Positions 1 through 10,349 are shown, counted from the stretch's first letter. The stretch is DNA of 64,000 bases from an uncultured cyanobacterium (GCA_963718615.1 OY970368.1:384001-448000), one strand, 5' to 3'. The notes: generated from the sequence alone by a model not told the origin. A program made the numbers and translations.

Positions 1-324
1 CTCTTTACAGCAACATTCACGTCACCCAAGGGCAATGGTGTTCGGCAGCTTTGGGTCTGGGCGCTGTGTCTTTGGCTCATGAACTGCACGATCACCGTTG
101 GATACCACCTTCAGGTCGTGATCGCTTCATTCCAGGGCCAATACTCCCCTGAGGAGATGGTCGGCACAATCCAGATGTGGATTGGGCTTCACTGGGTCCG
201 AGTGGCGCTGGCCCTGGCGAGCTTTGCGTTCGCTATCATGGCGACCCTGCGCGCGGCAATAAAGAACACAGCCTGGCAGCGACGGACTGAACAGCCATCG
301 ATACAACGAGGAACTCAATTGTGA
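1..324 (+). CDS. DUF1772/anthrone oxygenase-like membrane protein, 5'-truncated by window edge
   Basis: Frame 1 is open from base 1 (LFTATFTSPKGNGVRQLWVWAL...). The C-terminal 'WIGLHWVRVALA' motif is shared with the paralog at 1714-2163. Confidence 0.6.
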   Translation, partial: LFTATFTSPKGNGVRQLWVWALCLWLMNCTITVGYHLQVVIASFQGQYSPEEMVGTIQMWIGLHWVRVALALASFAFAIMATLRAAIKNTAWQRRTEQPSIQRGTQL

Positions 325-410
325 CCTATCGTATCGGGCCTGCCATAACCGAGGTATCCCCTGCCTCTGACTGAGATAGCACCAGCAGACTACGTAAAAA
401 GGTATCGACA

Positions 411-818
411 ATGACACAAACAGTCAGATGGACCATCGCCTTATTGATGGCAGCAACGATTTTCCGGGTTCAAACAGTCCTTTTTCTTCCCACAGTGGAA
501 ATGTTCGGCGGTTCTGCTCCGGATGGTTGGTTTGGTCCGTGGCTGAGCGATGCCATCCTTGGCTTCCTCTTGCCGGTAATGCTCTTCCTGTTTTGGACGG
601 GGCACGGAATTCGGGTCTGGGGCGTGCTGGTGGGCTATAACGCTGTCGGAGCCTTTGACTATTCCCAAGGTCTGATCACGCAATATGTCAGCCCAATGCC
701 AGCAGAGATGGCTTCGCCCGCAACCGTCTATGGTGGCATCGGCATCTTTGTGGTGTTGCAGCTGATCGCGCTCTGGCTGCTGTTCCGCCACGATGTTGTC
801 GCCCATTTCAAAACGTGA
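411..818 (+). CDS. Hypothetical membrane protein
   Basis: 135-aa ORF with about 4 hydrophobic segments; AAAAGG SD-like sequence upstream. Confidence 0.6.
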   Translation: MTQTVRWTIALLMAATIFRVQTVLFLPTVEMFGGSAPDGWFGPWLSDAILGFLLPVMLFLFWTGHGIRVWGVLVGYNAVGAFDYSQGLITQYVSPMPAEMASPATVYGGIGIFVVLQLIALWLLFRHDVVAHFKT

Positions 819-960
819 GTTCAGAGGGCAGGCGGTGTCAACAATCGGTGCAATCATCGCGTTTTTTCTGATGAGAGCAGAAGATCAGTTGGCAATACTT
901 TTTAGCACAAGGGAATCTGAAAATTATTACGTCGATACCACAGGGAATTAATTCAAGACT

Positions 961-1653
961 ATGGATTTCAAAACCGCTTTAATTGTTGGTGCAGGCAATG
1001 GGCTCAGCGCATCGATAGCACGCCTTTTTTCTGAAAACGGTATGACGATAGGATTAGCCGCTCAAAATACTGAAAAGTTGACTTCTCTTTGCGATCAGAT
1101 CAAGGCACAGGCTTTTCAGTGCGATGCCTCGCAGCAAAATGAGGTTGAGCAGCTTTTTACTGACTTTGATCATCGCCTTGGCTCGCCTGATGTCGTGGTT
1201 TACAATCCTAGCTACCGCACCCAGGGAGCTCTGGTTGATTTGAAGCCTGCCGATGTTGAAAAAACATTGGCCGTCACAGCCTACGGCGGTTTTCTCGTCA
1301 GCCAGCAGGCCGTGAAGCGGATGCTAGAAAAGGGGCATGGGGCAATTTTGTTCACAGGTGCTTCTGCGAGTGTGAAAGGCTATGCGTTTTCTGCGCCTTT
1401 CGCGATGGGTAAGTTTGCCCTGCGCGGGCTGGCTCAAAGTATGGCCAGAGAGCTAGCGCCGAAGAATATTCATGTGGCTCATTTCATTATTGATGGGAGC
1501 ATTGCATCGCATCACCGACCGCAGCCTGAGGATAAGCCGGATAGTTTTTTAGAACCGGATGCGATCGCACAAACCTATCTAAACACCTTAATGCAGCACC
1601 GCAGCGCTTGGACATGGGAAGTAGAGCTACGTCCCTGGGGCGAACGGTTTTGA
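961..1653 (+). CDS. SDR family NAD(P)-dependent oxidoreductase
   Basis: N-terminal IVGAGNGLS Rossmann motif; 'FTGASAS', 'FAMGKFALRGLAQSMAREL' and 'WTWEVELRP' are typical of this SDR subfamily. Confidence 0.9.
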   Translation: MDFKTALIVGAGNGLSASIARLFSENGMTIGLAAQNTEKLTSLCDQIKAQAFQCDASQQNEVEQLFTDFDHRLGSPDVVVYNPSYRTQGALVDLKPADVEKTLAVTAYGGFLVSQQAVKRMLEKGHGAILFTGASASVKGYAFSAPFAMGKFALRGLAQSMARELAPKNIHVAHFIIDGSIASHHRPQPEDKPDSFLEPDAIAQTYLNTLMQHRSAWTWEVELRPWGERF

Positions 1654-1713
1654 GCCGAGTTATCTTGCTCCTGCCCTATATGAATCTTACGCTTAGTTTG
1701 GAAACTTTAAAAA

Positions 1714-2163
1714 ATGAAAAACATAGCGGAAATTATTGCCATCATTGCCACTGCTGCTTTTGCTGGAAACATGATTAATATCGGCATGAGTTATGCAAGC
1801 TATTGGCAATCCATTGATCCGATGGCCTTCATGGAAGATTTCAAGGTGAAATTTCCGCTGCTTTTAGCCCCCACCGCAGCGACTCTTTTACCCGCTCTGA
1901 TCGCAACATTCTTGTCTGTTGTTTTCAATTGGAATAACCCTGAAACTCGATCACTTTGGCTAATCGCTTTAGTGGGGTTGCTACTTACCATAGCGATTAC
2001 GCTGATTTACCATTTGCTAAATAATTTGGCTTTCATGGGCCTGAAGTATAGCGCGGCAAAGGCAACCAGCAGGTTGCAAATCTGGGTACTGCTGCATTGG
2101 GTGCGAGTAGTCGTGGCGATCGCAGCCGCAGTCTTTGCAATTTTAGGTTTCAAAAAGTCGTGA
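1714..2163 (+). CDS. DUF1772/anthrone oxygenase-like membrane protein
   Basis: Four hydrophobic helices and the C-terminal 'WVLLHWVR' motif. Confidence 0.65.
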   Translation: MKNIAEIIAIIATAAFAGNMINIGMSYASYWQSIDPMAFMEDFKVKFPLLLAPTAATLLPALIATFLSVVFNWNNPETRSLWLIALVGLLLTIAITLIYHLLNNLAFMGLKYSAAKATSRLQIWVLLHWVRVVVAIAAAVFAILGFKKS

Positions 2164-2196
2164 TGTAAATAGAGTTACATTCAAAGGTTATTTCCC

Positions 2197-3114
2197 ATGA
2201 AAAAGGTTGTCGTTTGCGGAGCCAGCGGCATGGTTGGCACTAGGCTGGTTCAGCTGCTCCACGAAAAAGATTGTCCCCTGGTGCTGGTCGGAAGAACCCC
2301 TCAGCGGCTTCAGCAAAAATTTCCCTTTGCAGCGGATTGCTGTTCCTGGGCGGAATTTTCTGCGTACCCGGCTGAGGAATTAGGCGTCATTATCAACATG
2401 TCGGGTGCTAATGTGAGTGACCAACCGTGGTCGGATGCCTACAAGCAAATCATGACCGATAGCCGTCTGGACACTACCAACACCTGCGTTGAGGTCTGCA
2501 AACAGAATCCCGATATTCGTCTGATTAACGCGTCAGCGGTCAGTGCCTACGGGTTTTATGACGATGACCACGAGGCGTTTTCAGAAGCAGATACTGATCG
2601 CAGAACAGGGACTTGCTTTTTGCAGGAGCTGATTGACCAATGGGAGCAAGCAACGAAGCCAGCCATGGAAGCGGGCAATCGGGTCGTACTACTGCGCATC
2701 GGGGTCGTATTCGATCGCAACGAGGGCGCACTGCCAACCATGGCAACTCCATTTCCCTATTTCCTGGGGGGCAAATCTGGCACGGGGAAGCAAATTATGT
2801 CCTGGGTCAGTTTGCGCGATTTAGTCGCCGCCATCGAGTTCATTTTTGACCATCCCGACCTCAACGGACCGATCAACATCGTTTCGCCGGGAGCCTGTAG
2901 CAATCAGGTTTTTGCCCAAAGTCTGGGCAAAGCGTTGGGCAGACCAAGTTTTGTCCCTGCCCCCGCTTTCTTGATCAAAGCGCTGATGGGACAACTGGGG
3001 CAAGAGCTGGTGCTGACGGGGCAGCGCGTCTCACCAGGCAAACTGCTAGAGGCAGGCTTTGTCTTCCAGGATCAAGACATCGAACAATGCCTGAGAGACA
3101 TTTACGGTCGTTAG
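2197..3114 (+). CDS. TIGR01777 family NAD-dependent epimerase/oxidoreductase (YfcH-like)
   Basis: GASGMVG Rossmann motif; 'LLRIGVV', 'GGKSGTGKQIMSWV', 'GQRVSPGKLLEAGFVF'. Confidence 0.9.
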   Translation: MKKVVVCGASGMVGTRLVQLLHEKDCPLVLVGRTPQRLQQKFPFAADCCSWAEFSAYPAEELGVIINMSGANVSDQPWSDAYKQIMTDSRLDTTNTCVEVCKQNPDIRLINASAVSAYGFYDDDHEAFSEADTDRRTGTCFLQELIDQWEQATKPAMEAGNRVVLLRIGVVFDRNEGALPTMATPFPYFLGGKSGTGKQIMSWVSLRDLVAAIEFIFDHPDLNGPINIVSPGACSNQVFAQSLGKALGRPSFVPAPAFLIKALMGQLGQELVLTGQRVSPGKLLEAGFVFQDQDIEQCLRDIYGR

Positions 3115-3156
3115 AGAGAGAATCTGGTAGGTATATTCCAGGAAATATGCTTATTT

Positions 3157-3795
3157 TCATTCCCCGGCAAATATACATTCGCCGCCGCCTGCACCCCCTG
3201 CTGCGCCCCTGCCATCTCTGACCCATGGCTTCACCCGATTCCCCTCATTCAGCGCCTCCGAGATATTCGCCCCAATCAAATTCGCCGTCGCCGACTGCAG
3301 CTGCAGCTGCATCAACTGCTCATAGCTGCCCGCCTCTAGCTGACTCTGATGGCTCACCATATCCGTCAAATTTTTCATCACGTCCTGGGTTACATCCAGT
3401 GACTGGGCTTCCTGAGACTTGTCAGCAATGGCACTCAATGCCTGCTCAGCGGCATCCATCTCCTGCTTCATCGCCGTCTGTCCTTCGCTTCCCAACACCG
3501 AAGTAGCTATACTGCGGGCACTTTCCCGATCCGAGGCATTGGCCAACGACTGCTGCAACACCACCGGGTTAGCGTTGAAATTATCCAGCCGCTGTGACTC
3601 TCCCGACGCCTGCCCCATCACATCCCCCAGTCCATCGCCCCCAATCACCTGGTTCAGTTCCTGCCAGTCTCCCGGCGGGTCAGGGATGCCTAGCTCTCCC
3701 GTGTTGCTGCTCAGAATATCGCCCAGCACGCTACCCAATACATCATTCACCGTACGGGTATAGTAGGCCTCAAAAACCTGGACGTACTGATCCAT
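3157..3795 (-). CDS. Hypothetical coiled-coil protein resembling cyanobacterial plasmid transfer-region proteins, probably truncated
   Basis: Q/S/A-rich helical ORF with 'GELGIPDP', 'SVLGSEGQ', 'TQDVMK', 'ANISEALNEGNR'. Family assignment is from memory only. Confidence 0.4.
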   Translation of the reverse strand: MDQYVQVFEAYYTRTVNDVLGSVLGDILSSNTGELGIPDPPGDWQELNQVIGGDGLGDVMGQASGESQRLDNFNANPVVLQQSLANASDRESARSIATSVLGSEGQTAMKQEMDAAEQALSAIADKSQEAQSLDVTQDVMKNLTDMVSHQSQLEAGSYEQLMQLQLQSATANLIGANISEALNEGNRVKPWVRDGRGAAGGAGGGECIFAGE

Positions 3796-3946
3796 GTTTT
3801 AGCGATTTTGTCAATGCGTAAGTCCTGATTTCCTGATTTAATTGCGCTAATTGCGCCTAGCTACTGAGTTTTTGGGAGTAATCGCGATCGCCAACTCACA
3901 AACAGCATATTGGGAACCATAAGCCCAGTGAACTCAGGTAACGCCC

Positions 3947-5461
3947 TTGACTCCATCTCAATCCAGCCCCCTCTCCAGCAAAGCGAGCCACGAAGCCGAA
4001 TCAAGCCCTTTAGCTCCGACCCAAGCTTCAGTGCAATCCCTACAAGTAGGACAGCGCTTGGCGCAGCGGTATCAACTGGCCGAATCCTTGGCCAAACATG
4101 ACAACCGGCACACCTGGATTGCCCTGGACAGGGAGCAATCTCCACCTCAGCCTGTGGTCATCAAGCTCTTAAGCGTCAGCAGTGCCGAACACTGGGAGTC
4201 GCTCAAGCTGTTTGAGCGGGAAAGCCAAGTCTTGCAATCACTGAATCACCCCCAGATTCCAGAGTATCTCGATTCCTTTGAGCTAGAGGAGGGTTTGGGC
4301 TTTGGACTCGTCCAGACGTACATTCCTGGAAAGTCGCTCAAGCAACGACTGAATGAGAGCGAGCACTTCTCCCCGGAATGGGTCAAAGCCATGGCGCGTT
4401 CGATGCTCAATATTCTGAGCTATCTGCACGAGCTGAGTCCGCCGGTTCTGCACCGTGATATCAAGCCCAGTAATATCATCTTGGGTGAAGATGGACAGAT
4501 TTATTTGGTCGATTTCGGTGCGGTTCAAAACCAAGCCGCTGTGGAGGGGCAGACCTTTACGGTGGTCGGCACCTACGGCTATGCCCCCATGGAGCAATAC
4601 GGCGGACGAGCGGTTGCGGCCTCGGATTTATATAGTTTGGGGACGACGCTGATTCATTTGTTGACCGGCGTCGCGCCGATGAACTTGCCCCAGGATGACA
4701 CCGGCATTCGATTTCAGGACTACACCAGCGCTGAACGTCCGTTTGTGAATTGGCTGGCTAAGTTGAGTGAGCCACAACTGCGCCAACGCTTTGGAACCGC
4801 TCGCGAAGCTCTAGCAACGTTAGAGCAAGGCATTCCTGACCAAATGACTCGGGGCGAAGCGTTGCTCGCCCGTCCCTACGGCAGTCGCATTCAGGTCGAA
4901 AGCGACGGGTATCGGCTCACGGTTGTCATTCCTGCCGCCGATGATTCGCTGTTTTCACTGCTGGGGGATCTGATCATGATGCCAATCCTCATGCTTATCT
5001 TTGTTGCTGTTCTGGGGGGATTGACGATGCTAATTCTCTCTATTGTCGTTCTAAGCATCATGGCGGTAGAGAGTGCTGCTGCCATGCCTTCGCTATATGT
5101 AGGCAGTGGCTTGATAACCATTGCCCTGCTTCGGCTGCTCGGCTATCCCCAATTTTGTGCCAGGTTTGAGCCCTACCGCAGCCTTAATCTGGAGTCTGAT
5201 GGTCAAATTCTCAAAATTCAACATCGGCTTGGAATTATTTCCTACTGGAAGAGCCAAGTCGCACTGAAGGAGATCAAGCAGGTGTACGCCCATGAAAACC
5301 ATATTCGTTTGGTGGTTGAGGGCAAACGAATCAAAATTGCTCAACGGGTCGCACTTTCGATTGAAGAACTACGCTGGCTCGGACAGGAGTTTGACCGGCA
5401 GTGGCGAATCGGTAAAAGCGTGCATAGCCATGAGAAGCAAACGGCAAGGGAAATAGGCTAA
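3947..5461 (+). CDS. Ser/Thr protein kinase with C-terminal transmembrane segments
   Basis: VIK, HRDIKPSN, DFG and GTYGYAPMEQ Hanks kinase motifs; hydrophobic helices downstream. Confidence 0.92.
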   Translation: MTPSQSSPLSSKASHEAESSPLAPTQASVQSLQVGQRLAQRYQLAESLAKHDNRHTWIALDREQSPPQPVVIKLLSVSSAEHWESLKLFERESQVLQSLNHPQIPEYLDSFELEEGLGFGLVQTYIPGKSLKQRLNESEHFSPEWVKAMARSMLNILSYLHELSPPVLHRDIKPSNIILGEDGQIYLVDFGAVQNQAAVEGQTFTVVGTYGYAPMEQYGGRAVAASDLYSLGTTLIHLLTGVAPMNLPQDDTGIRFQDYTSAERPFVNWLAKLSEPQLRQRFGTAREALATLEQGIPDQMTRGEALLARPYGSRIQVESDGYRLTVVIPAADDSLFSLLGDLIMMPILMLIFVAVLGGLTMLILSIVVLSIMAVESAAAMPSLYVGSGLITIALLRLLGYPQFCARFEPYRSLNLESDGQILKIQHRLGIISYWKSQVALKEIKQVYAHENHIRLVVEGKRIKIAQRVALSIEELRWLGQEFDRQWRIGKSVHSHEKQTAREIG

Positions 5462-5686
5462 GGCGACTTCAACGGCACAATAGAGAAGCCTTTTGAGCAA
5501 GACAAGAAAGACTTTAAAACTAAAGATTGAAAGGCAGTAGATAAGTCCAGCAATCTGCATGTGTATCTCGAACTCGCCAAACTCGGGGTTGTTCGCGATC
5601 GCAAAAGCTTCCTCTTCAGCACTCAAACCATAAAAATCCCAGAACAGAAGAACCTGCGAAAGATACATCAAAGGAACGGAAAACAA
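5369..5686 (-). CDS. Possible small membrane protein or gene remnant
   Basis: Hydrophobic ORF in an AT-rich stretch; overlaps the kinase 3' end; weak start. Confidence 0.25.
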   Translation of the reverse strand: MFSVPLMYLSQVLLFWDFYGLSAEEEAFAIANNPEFGEFEIHMQIAGLIYCLSIFSFKVFLVLLKRLLYCAVEVALAYFPCRLLLMAMHAFTDSPLPVKLLSEPA

Positions 5687-6338
5687 ACAGCCTAAGAACG
5701 TTCAACGCTAAATTAATAAAGCAGGGGCAAGTAGCCCTGTCAGACAGATTAATTTTATTAAAAATTCTATCACTTGCTATAAATATTCTCAGCAATTGTA
5801 TCCACAGCAATTTTATCTTAATGTTTCCTTAAATGTACGGCACCTCTGCCAAAATAGGCCAAACAGGGTATAACAGATTGACGCTCTCCCCCCAAGCCTA
5901 ACGGGTATGGTCGGAGATTCCTGTTTCACAGCCTCTTAACTAGATGCAGCGCTGTGACTACACCCCCGTCAGACCGACTCCGCAGGCAGTTTGGTTTTCA
6001 GTCCACGGTGCGCCCCACCGCAGACTTTGAACAAGTACAAATCGAGTTTGATATGTTCAACCCTTACGCACAAAGTTTTACCCAAGACACGATTCAGTCT
6101 TGGAACCCCATACTCTGTTATCTAGGTTCAGCTCATTGAGCGTGACGCATTACCGTGACTTCGCTCAGTACGATTGTACCGGAGAAGATTTTTTGTTGTT
6201 CGACTGGATATTCGCGATTTGCTCCCTATCGGTCGCGTGACCCTTCACCACCAACCCAGCCCGCGAGGCTATGGTTGGAGCACTGCGAAGATTTCTGGTA
6301 GATAATCAGGATTGTGCGATCGCCCCAGGAAGCAAACC

Positions 6339-7238
6339 ATGCGATTTATCAACCCCAAAACCGACTTCGCCTTTAAAAAAATCTTCGGCTCCGACCAAAG
6401 CCAGGAAGTTTTAATCAGCTTCCTCAATGCCCTGCTCTACGACGGCGAACCGAACATTGCATCCCTCGACATTCTCAACCCCTACCAAGCGCCTCGGGTG
6501 CGGGGGATGAAAGACACCTATCTCGACGTAAAAGCCCAACTGGCCAATGGCACCAGCGTCATCATCGAAATGCAAGTCCTCAACGTCGAAGGCTTTGAGA
6601 AACGCATTCTCTACAACGCCGCCAAACGCTACTCCACCCAGCTCAAAACCGGTGAGGGCTACACGCTGCTCAATCCCGTCATCGCCTTAACGATTACGGA
6701 TTTTGTGATGTTTGATGAAATTGAGAGCTATCGGTCGTGCTTTGTGCTCAAGGAGAAAGACTATTTAATTGATTATCCGGTCTATGATATCGAGCTAGTG
6801 TTTGTGGAATTGCCGAAGTTTGAGCGATCCCTCGATGACCTCCACAGTCTCATGGACCAGTGGCTATTCTTTCTCAAAAATGCCAGGGCGTTGCAGGCCA
6901 TCCCCGCCTCCATGGAGCAAATCCCAGCCCTGCGCCAAGCCTTCACCTTTGCCAATCAAGCGGCCTTGACCCCCGAAGAACTCGACGATCTGGAAAGCCG
7001 CGAAATGTTTATTCACGATCAGCGCAACGCGGTTCGACTGGCCGTTCGCCAAGGGATGCAACAGGGTCTTGAGCAGGGTCTTGAGCAGGGTCTTGAACGG
7101 GGCCTTGAACGGGGTCGGCGGCAGGAGCAGTTGGCGATCGCCCGTCAATCCCTCCTACTCCTCAACGACGAAGTCATCAGCCAGATCACGGGGCTCTCGC
7201 TAGAAGACGTGCAACAGCTCCGGGCTGAAGCCTCCTAG
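6339..7238 (+). CDS. Rpn family recombination-promoting nuclease / PD-(D/E)XK putative transposase
   Basis: 'MRFINPKTDFAFKKIFG', 'LDVKA', 'IIEMQV' and C-terminal (Q/R)GLE repeats. ATG at 6339 preferred over the TTG start at 6312. Confidence 0.9.
   Translation: MRFINPKTDFAFKKIFGSDQSQEVLISFLNALLYDGEPNIASLDILNPYQAPRVRGMKDTYLDVKAQLANGTSVIIEMQVLNVEGFEKRILYNAAKRYSTQLKTGEGYTLLNPVIALTITDFVMFDEIESYRSCFVLKEKDYLIDYPVYDIELVFVELPKFERSLDDLHSLMDQWLFFLKNARALQAIPASMEQIPALRQAFTFANQAALTPEELDDLESREMFIHDQRNAVRLAVRQGMQQGLEQGLEQGLERGLERGRRQEQLAIARQSLLLLNDEVISQITGLSLEDVQQLRAEAS
7061..7115 (+). repeat. 12-bp coding tandem repeat (QGLE/RGLE) in the Rpn C-terminus
   Basis: cagggtcttgag-like unit repeated about 4 times. 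Confidence 0.8.
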
Positions 7239-7343
7239 AGATTGCACGCGATCTGCATTTCCCTATATCCATCCCGAGTAAAAATTTTGTACTATAAGCC
7301 TAACCTCCTGCCTGTCTAAGGGCCTCTAAGGGCCATTAAACCC

Positions 7344-9071
7344 ATGTCTCCCTTTGATTCCTCGATCTCCGCCGTTGCCCCTCGGTCCTCTACCCATATC
7401 GTGGGCACTGTGAAGGGACCGGGCGAAAATGGTAACCAGTATGTGTTTATTACGGCAGATAAACGCCAGGTCAAAATTGGCGAGTATGTTTATTACATTC
7501 TCGAAGAAAGTTTTGGGCCAGGGCAGCCAGTGGAGCGGCGCAATATTTTGGGCAAAATCTCTGGAATTAGCCTGATTGATCATCTGCCCGATCGCATCTT
7601 TGCGGACACTGAAACCAGCCCTGAACTGATTGCCGCCCTCGTGGGCTTCACCCACGATAACCCCGAAATTTACGAAGTTTCTGTGGATGTAATTGGCTAT
7701 TTCCATCCAGCCTTAGGCTTTTTGAATTTGCGCAAGGCCCCCAATCCGGGAGCCAAGGTTCACATTGCTGAAGACCGCATGCTCCAGCGAATTCTCAACA
7801 AAAAGCAGCCCGGAGAATTGGGCTCAGCGCAGATTGGTTCGCTGCTCCTGCGAGAATTGGGCGCGGTACCCGTGACGCTGGATGTGAAGGAACTCGTAAG
7901 CACCCACATGGCGATTTTGGCGGGGACGGGCTCGGGCAAATCCTATACGGCTGGGGTCTTAATCGAAGAATTGCTCAGCCCTTACAACCGCGCAGCAGTC
8001 CTGATTTTCGACCCCCATGGTGAATACAGTACGCTAGAGGAGTTGCGGGGGCATCCGGCCTTTCAAGATCCTGATGGTTATGCTCCTAAGGTGCAGATTC
8101 TAACGCCAGATCAAATTCGGATTCGTATGTCGTCGCTGGATTATTACGACATTGTGACGCTGTTGCCTGCCATGAGCGATCGCCAGCAGGCCATTCTCAG
8201 CAAAGCCTTCGCCATCCTCAAAAAACACAAGCGTGGTGGTGGGGAATATCGTTGGGATATCCAGGATTTGATTGCGGCGGTTTATCAAGCAGATACCACT
8301 GTCGATGAAGAGGGTAATGAAAAACGGGGCTCTTCGGCAGAGGCTTTGGAATGGAAATTGGGGCAGATGGAGCGATCGCCCTATTTCCACGCCTACGAAC
8401 ACATGACACCCCCAAGTCTGCTGGAACCGGGCCAAGTCACGGTCCTGCAAATGAGCGAAATCAGCCAGGAAGAACAGCAGGTGATCTGCGCAGCGGTGTT
8501 GCGGCAAACCTACCACGCCCGACTGAATACCCAAAAGGAAAACATCGGCCCTGACGATGAAAACTATCTGCCCTATCCGGTGTTTATCCTCTTAGAAGAA
8601 TCTCACCGCTTCGCCCCGGCTCACGAGCCCTCCCGCTGTAAGCAGGTCCTGCGGACGATTTTAGGAGAAGGCCGTAAGTTCGGTATGGGGATTGGGTTGA
8701 TTACACAACGCCCAGGAAAGGTAGATTCCGATGTGTTATCCCAATGCATGAGCCAGTTTTTGATGCGCATTGTCAACCCGGTCGATCAGGAAAGTCTCAA
8801 GCATGGGGTCGAAGCCGCAGGGCGGGATTTGCTGATGGAATTGCCTGCGCTCACAAAGGGTCAAGTGATTGTTTCTGGGGCTTGCATCAATACACCGGTC
8901 CTGTGCCAAGTGCGTCAGCGACTCACCAAACATGGGGGCACGACGCTGAATGCCCCGGAAATGTGGATGAACCATTTTGAGCAGCATCAGGTTCGGGCAC
9001 GGCAGATCAAGGAAGCGCCGTTAGCAGGACGGAAACCGGCTAAAACCCGTCGAGGGGTGAGCATTGAGTAG
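7344..9071 (+). CDS. herA: HerA-like helicase/ATPase (DUF87) with N-terminal HAS-barrel
   Basis: 'HMAILAGTGSGKSYT' Walker A, 'IFDPHGEY', 'ILLEESHRFAP' Walker B, 'EGRKFG...ITQRP' arginine-finger/Q motif. Confidence 0.85.
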   Translation: MSPFDSSISAVAPRSSTHIVGTVKGPGENGNQYVFITADKRQVKIGEYVYYILEESFGPGQPVERRNILGKISGISLIDHLPDRIFADTETSPELIAALVGFTHDNPEIYEVSVDVIGYFHPALGFLNLRKAPNPGAKVHIAEDRMLQRILNKKQPGELGSAQIGSLLLRELGAVPVTLDVKELVSTHMAILAGTGSGKSYTAGVLIEELLSPYNRAAVLIFDPHGEYSTLEELRGHPAFQDPDGYAPKVQILTPDQIRIRMSSLDYYDIVTLLPAMSDRQQAILSKAFAILKKHKRGGGEYRWDIQDLIAAVYQADTTVDEEGNEKRGSSAEALEWKLGQMERSPYFHAYEHMTPPSLLEPGQVTVLQMSEISQEEQQVICAAVLRQTYHARLNTQKENIGPDDENYLPYPVFILLEESHRFAPAHEPSRCKQVLRTILGEGRKFGMGIGLITQRPGKVDSDVLSQCMSQFLMRIVNPVDQESLKHGVEAAGRDLLMELPALTKGQVIVSGACINTPVLCQVRQRLTKHGGTTLNAPEMWMNHFEQHQVRARQIKEAPLAGRKPAKTRRGVSIE

Positions 9072-9126
9072 GCAAGATGGGATTCAAGATGGGGTTAAGT
9101 AATTTACCCGATCGGTTTCCATGGTT

Positions 9127-9154
9127 GTAGGGACAGAGCAATTTCTGTCCCCAC
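9127..9154. repeat. GTAG-type REP-like hairpin, possible bidirectional terminator
   Basis: gtagggacaga-gcaatt-tctgtccccac lies between convergent genes and is related to 19775-19802. Confidence 0.6.
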
Positions 9155-9179
9155 GAAATCCTCACACCACCTTCGCGAT

Positions 9180-10349
9180 TTATTTCTGGGCCAGACGAGC
9201 TTGGGCTTCTTTGCTGCTGCTCAAGTCCTGTTGAACTTGGGCGATCGACCAACCATTCTTTTCCATCCGGCGCATGTAGGTCTTGAGGCCAGAATGATCG
9301 GCATCGCGACCCAGGACTTGGCGATAAACCCGGTTAATGGCAACGGTGCGGCCTTCCTGGCTATTGAGGAGGCGATCGCGCACCCAAGCCAAGGTCTTGC
9401 CTTTCTCTAGCTGACGGCTATAGGTCGCTAGCCCAGATGGATCTACGGTTCGTCCCAAAATGTCACTGTACAGTGCATTGAGGGCCTCATAGTGAGGATT
9501 TTTTTGCTCGGTGGCAGATACCGTTGCTGCCGGAGGCTTAGGTGTGGAAGCAACCGGCTTAGTGGGCTCGGTCACGGGTACGACTTCAATGATAATGGGT
9601 TTTTGTTCAACCGGTTTTTGGGCAACGGGCTTTTGGGCGACAGGCGGAGTGGGCAAGGGATTCCCCACTACCACGGGCGGTTGTGTGGGTTGGGGTGCGG
9701 GTGTTGCGGCAACCGGAGGCTTGGGCGCGGGCGCGGGCGCGGGTGTTGCGGCAACCGGAGGCTTAGGTGTAGGCTTCTGGGCAATCGTATTCGCCAAGGC
9801 CACCGGGCTCGTGAAATAAACATGTCCCAGGGGTTTGCCATCGTAGATCCGACGGCTCAATTCCCAACCCGGATTCAGTTGAACTGCCAAATAATCTTGA
9901 GCGATGCCCTTGGTGCGGCCAATTTCAAGCTCGGTTTGACGGCGGTTGCTGGGCGTACCGAGGAGTGCTACATAGGAACCCCGGTTTTCTAACCGCAAGC
10001 TATAGCTCAAGCCCAAATCCTCACCGGCCATGCGGATCGAGTAACCATTGCTATCGGTGCTGCGACCACAGATGCCGGAGAAGTCAAAGTTGAGCAGGAG
10101 GGGATCGACGGTTCCCGCAGCGGTGTTCTTCTCTTGCCAACAGGCGCGCTGATTGGGTTTCTGTTCAATCACGACCAAGTTATAGGCGTTATTGGCGCGG
10201 GGAGCGGCCATGACTAAAAAACTATCTTGCGGGACGGCTGCCTCGGTGAAGAGAGAGGCCGCTGCTTGAACAGGTGCAAGTCCAACTGTTGAAGAAAGCG
10301 CGGTGCCAAGGGCGAAAGCGGAGAGAGCGAAACGAGCAGGGAGGGTCAT
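9180..10349 (-). CDS. Secreted DUF3747 domain protein with Pro-rich linker and C-terminal DUF4214-like repeats
   Basis: Signal peptide; 'VDPLLLNFDFSGICGRSTDSNGYSIR' DUF3747 signature; two 'Y..(I/V)LGR..D.SGL' repeats. Confidence 0.85.
   Translation of the reverse strand: MTLPARFALSAFALGTALSSTVGLAPVQAAASLFTEAAVPQDSFLVMAAPRANNAYNLVVIEQKPNQRACWQEKNTAAGTVDPLLLNFDFSGICGRSTDSNGYSIRMAGEDLGLSYSLRLENRGSYVALLGTPSNRRQTELEIGRTKGIAQDYLAVQLNPGWELSRRIYDGKPLGHVYFTSPVALANTIAQKPTPKPPVAATPAPAPAPKPPVAATPAPQPTQPPVVVGNPLPTPPVAQKPVAQKPVEQKPIIIEVVPVTEPTKPVASTPKPPAATVSATEQKNPHYEALNALYSDILGRTVDPSGLATYSRQLEKGKTLAWVRDRLLNSQEGRTVAINRVYRQVLGRDADHSGLKTYMRRMEKNGWSIAQVQQDLSSSKEAQARLAQK

Noticed and set aside
5900-6300. Small ORF 5954-6139 and hairpin near 6250-6280 as a possible attC
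   Set aside because: The hairpin is too short and lacks the L-box architecture; the ORF has no recognisable features.
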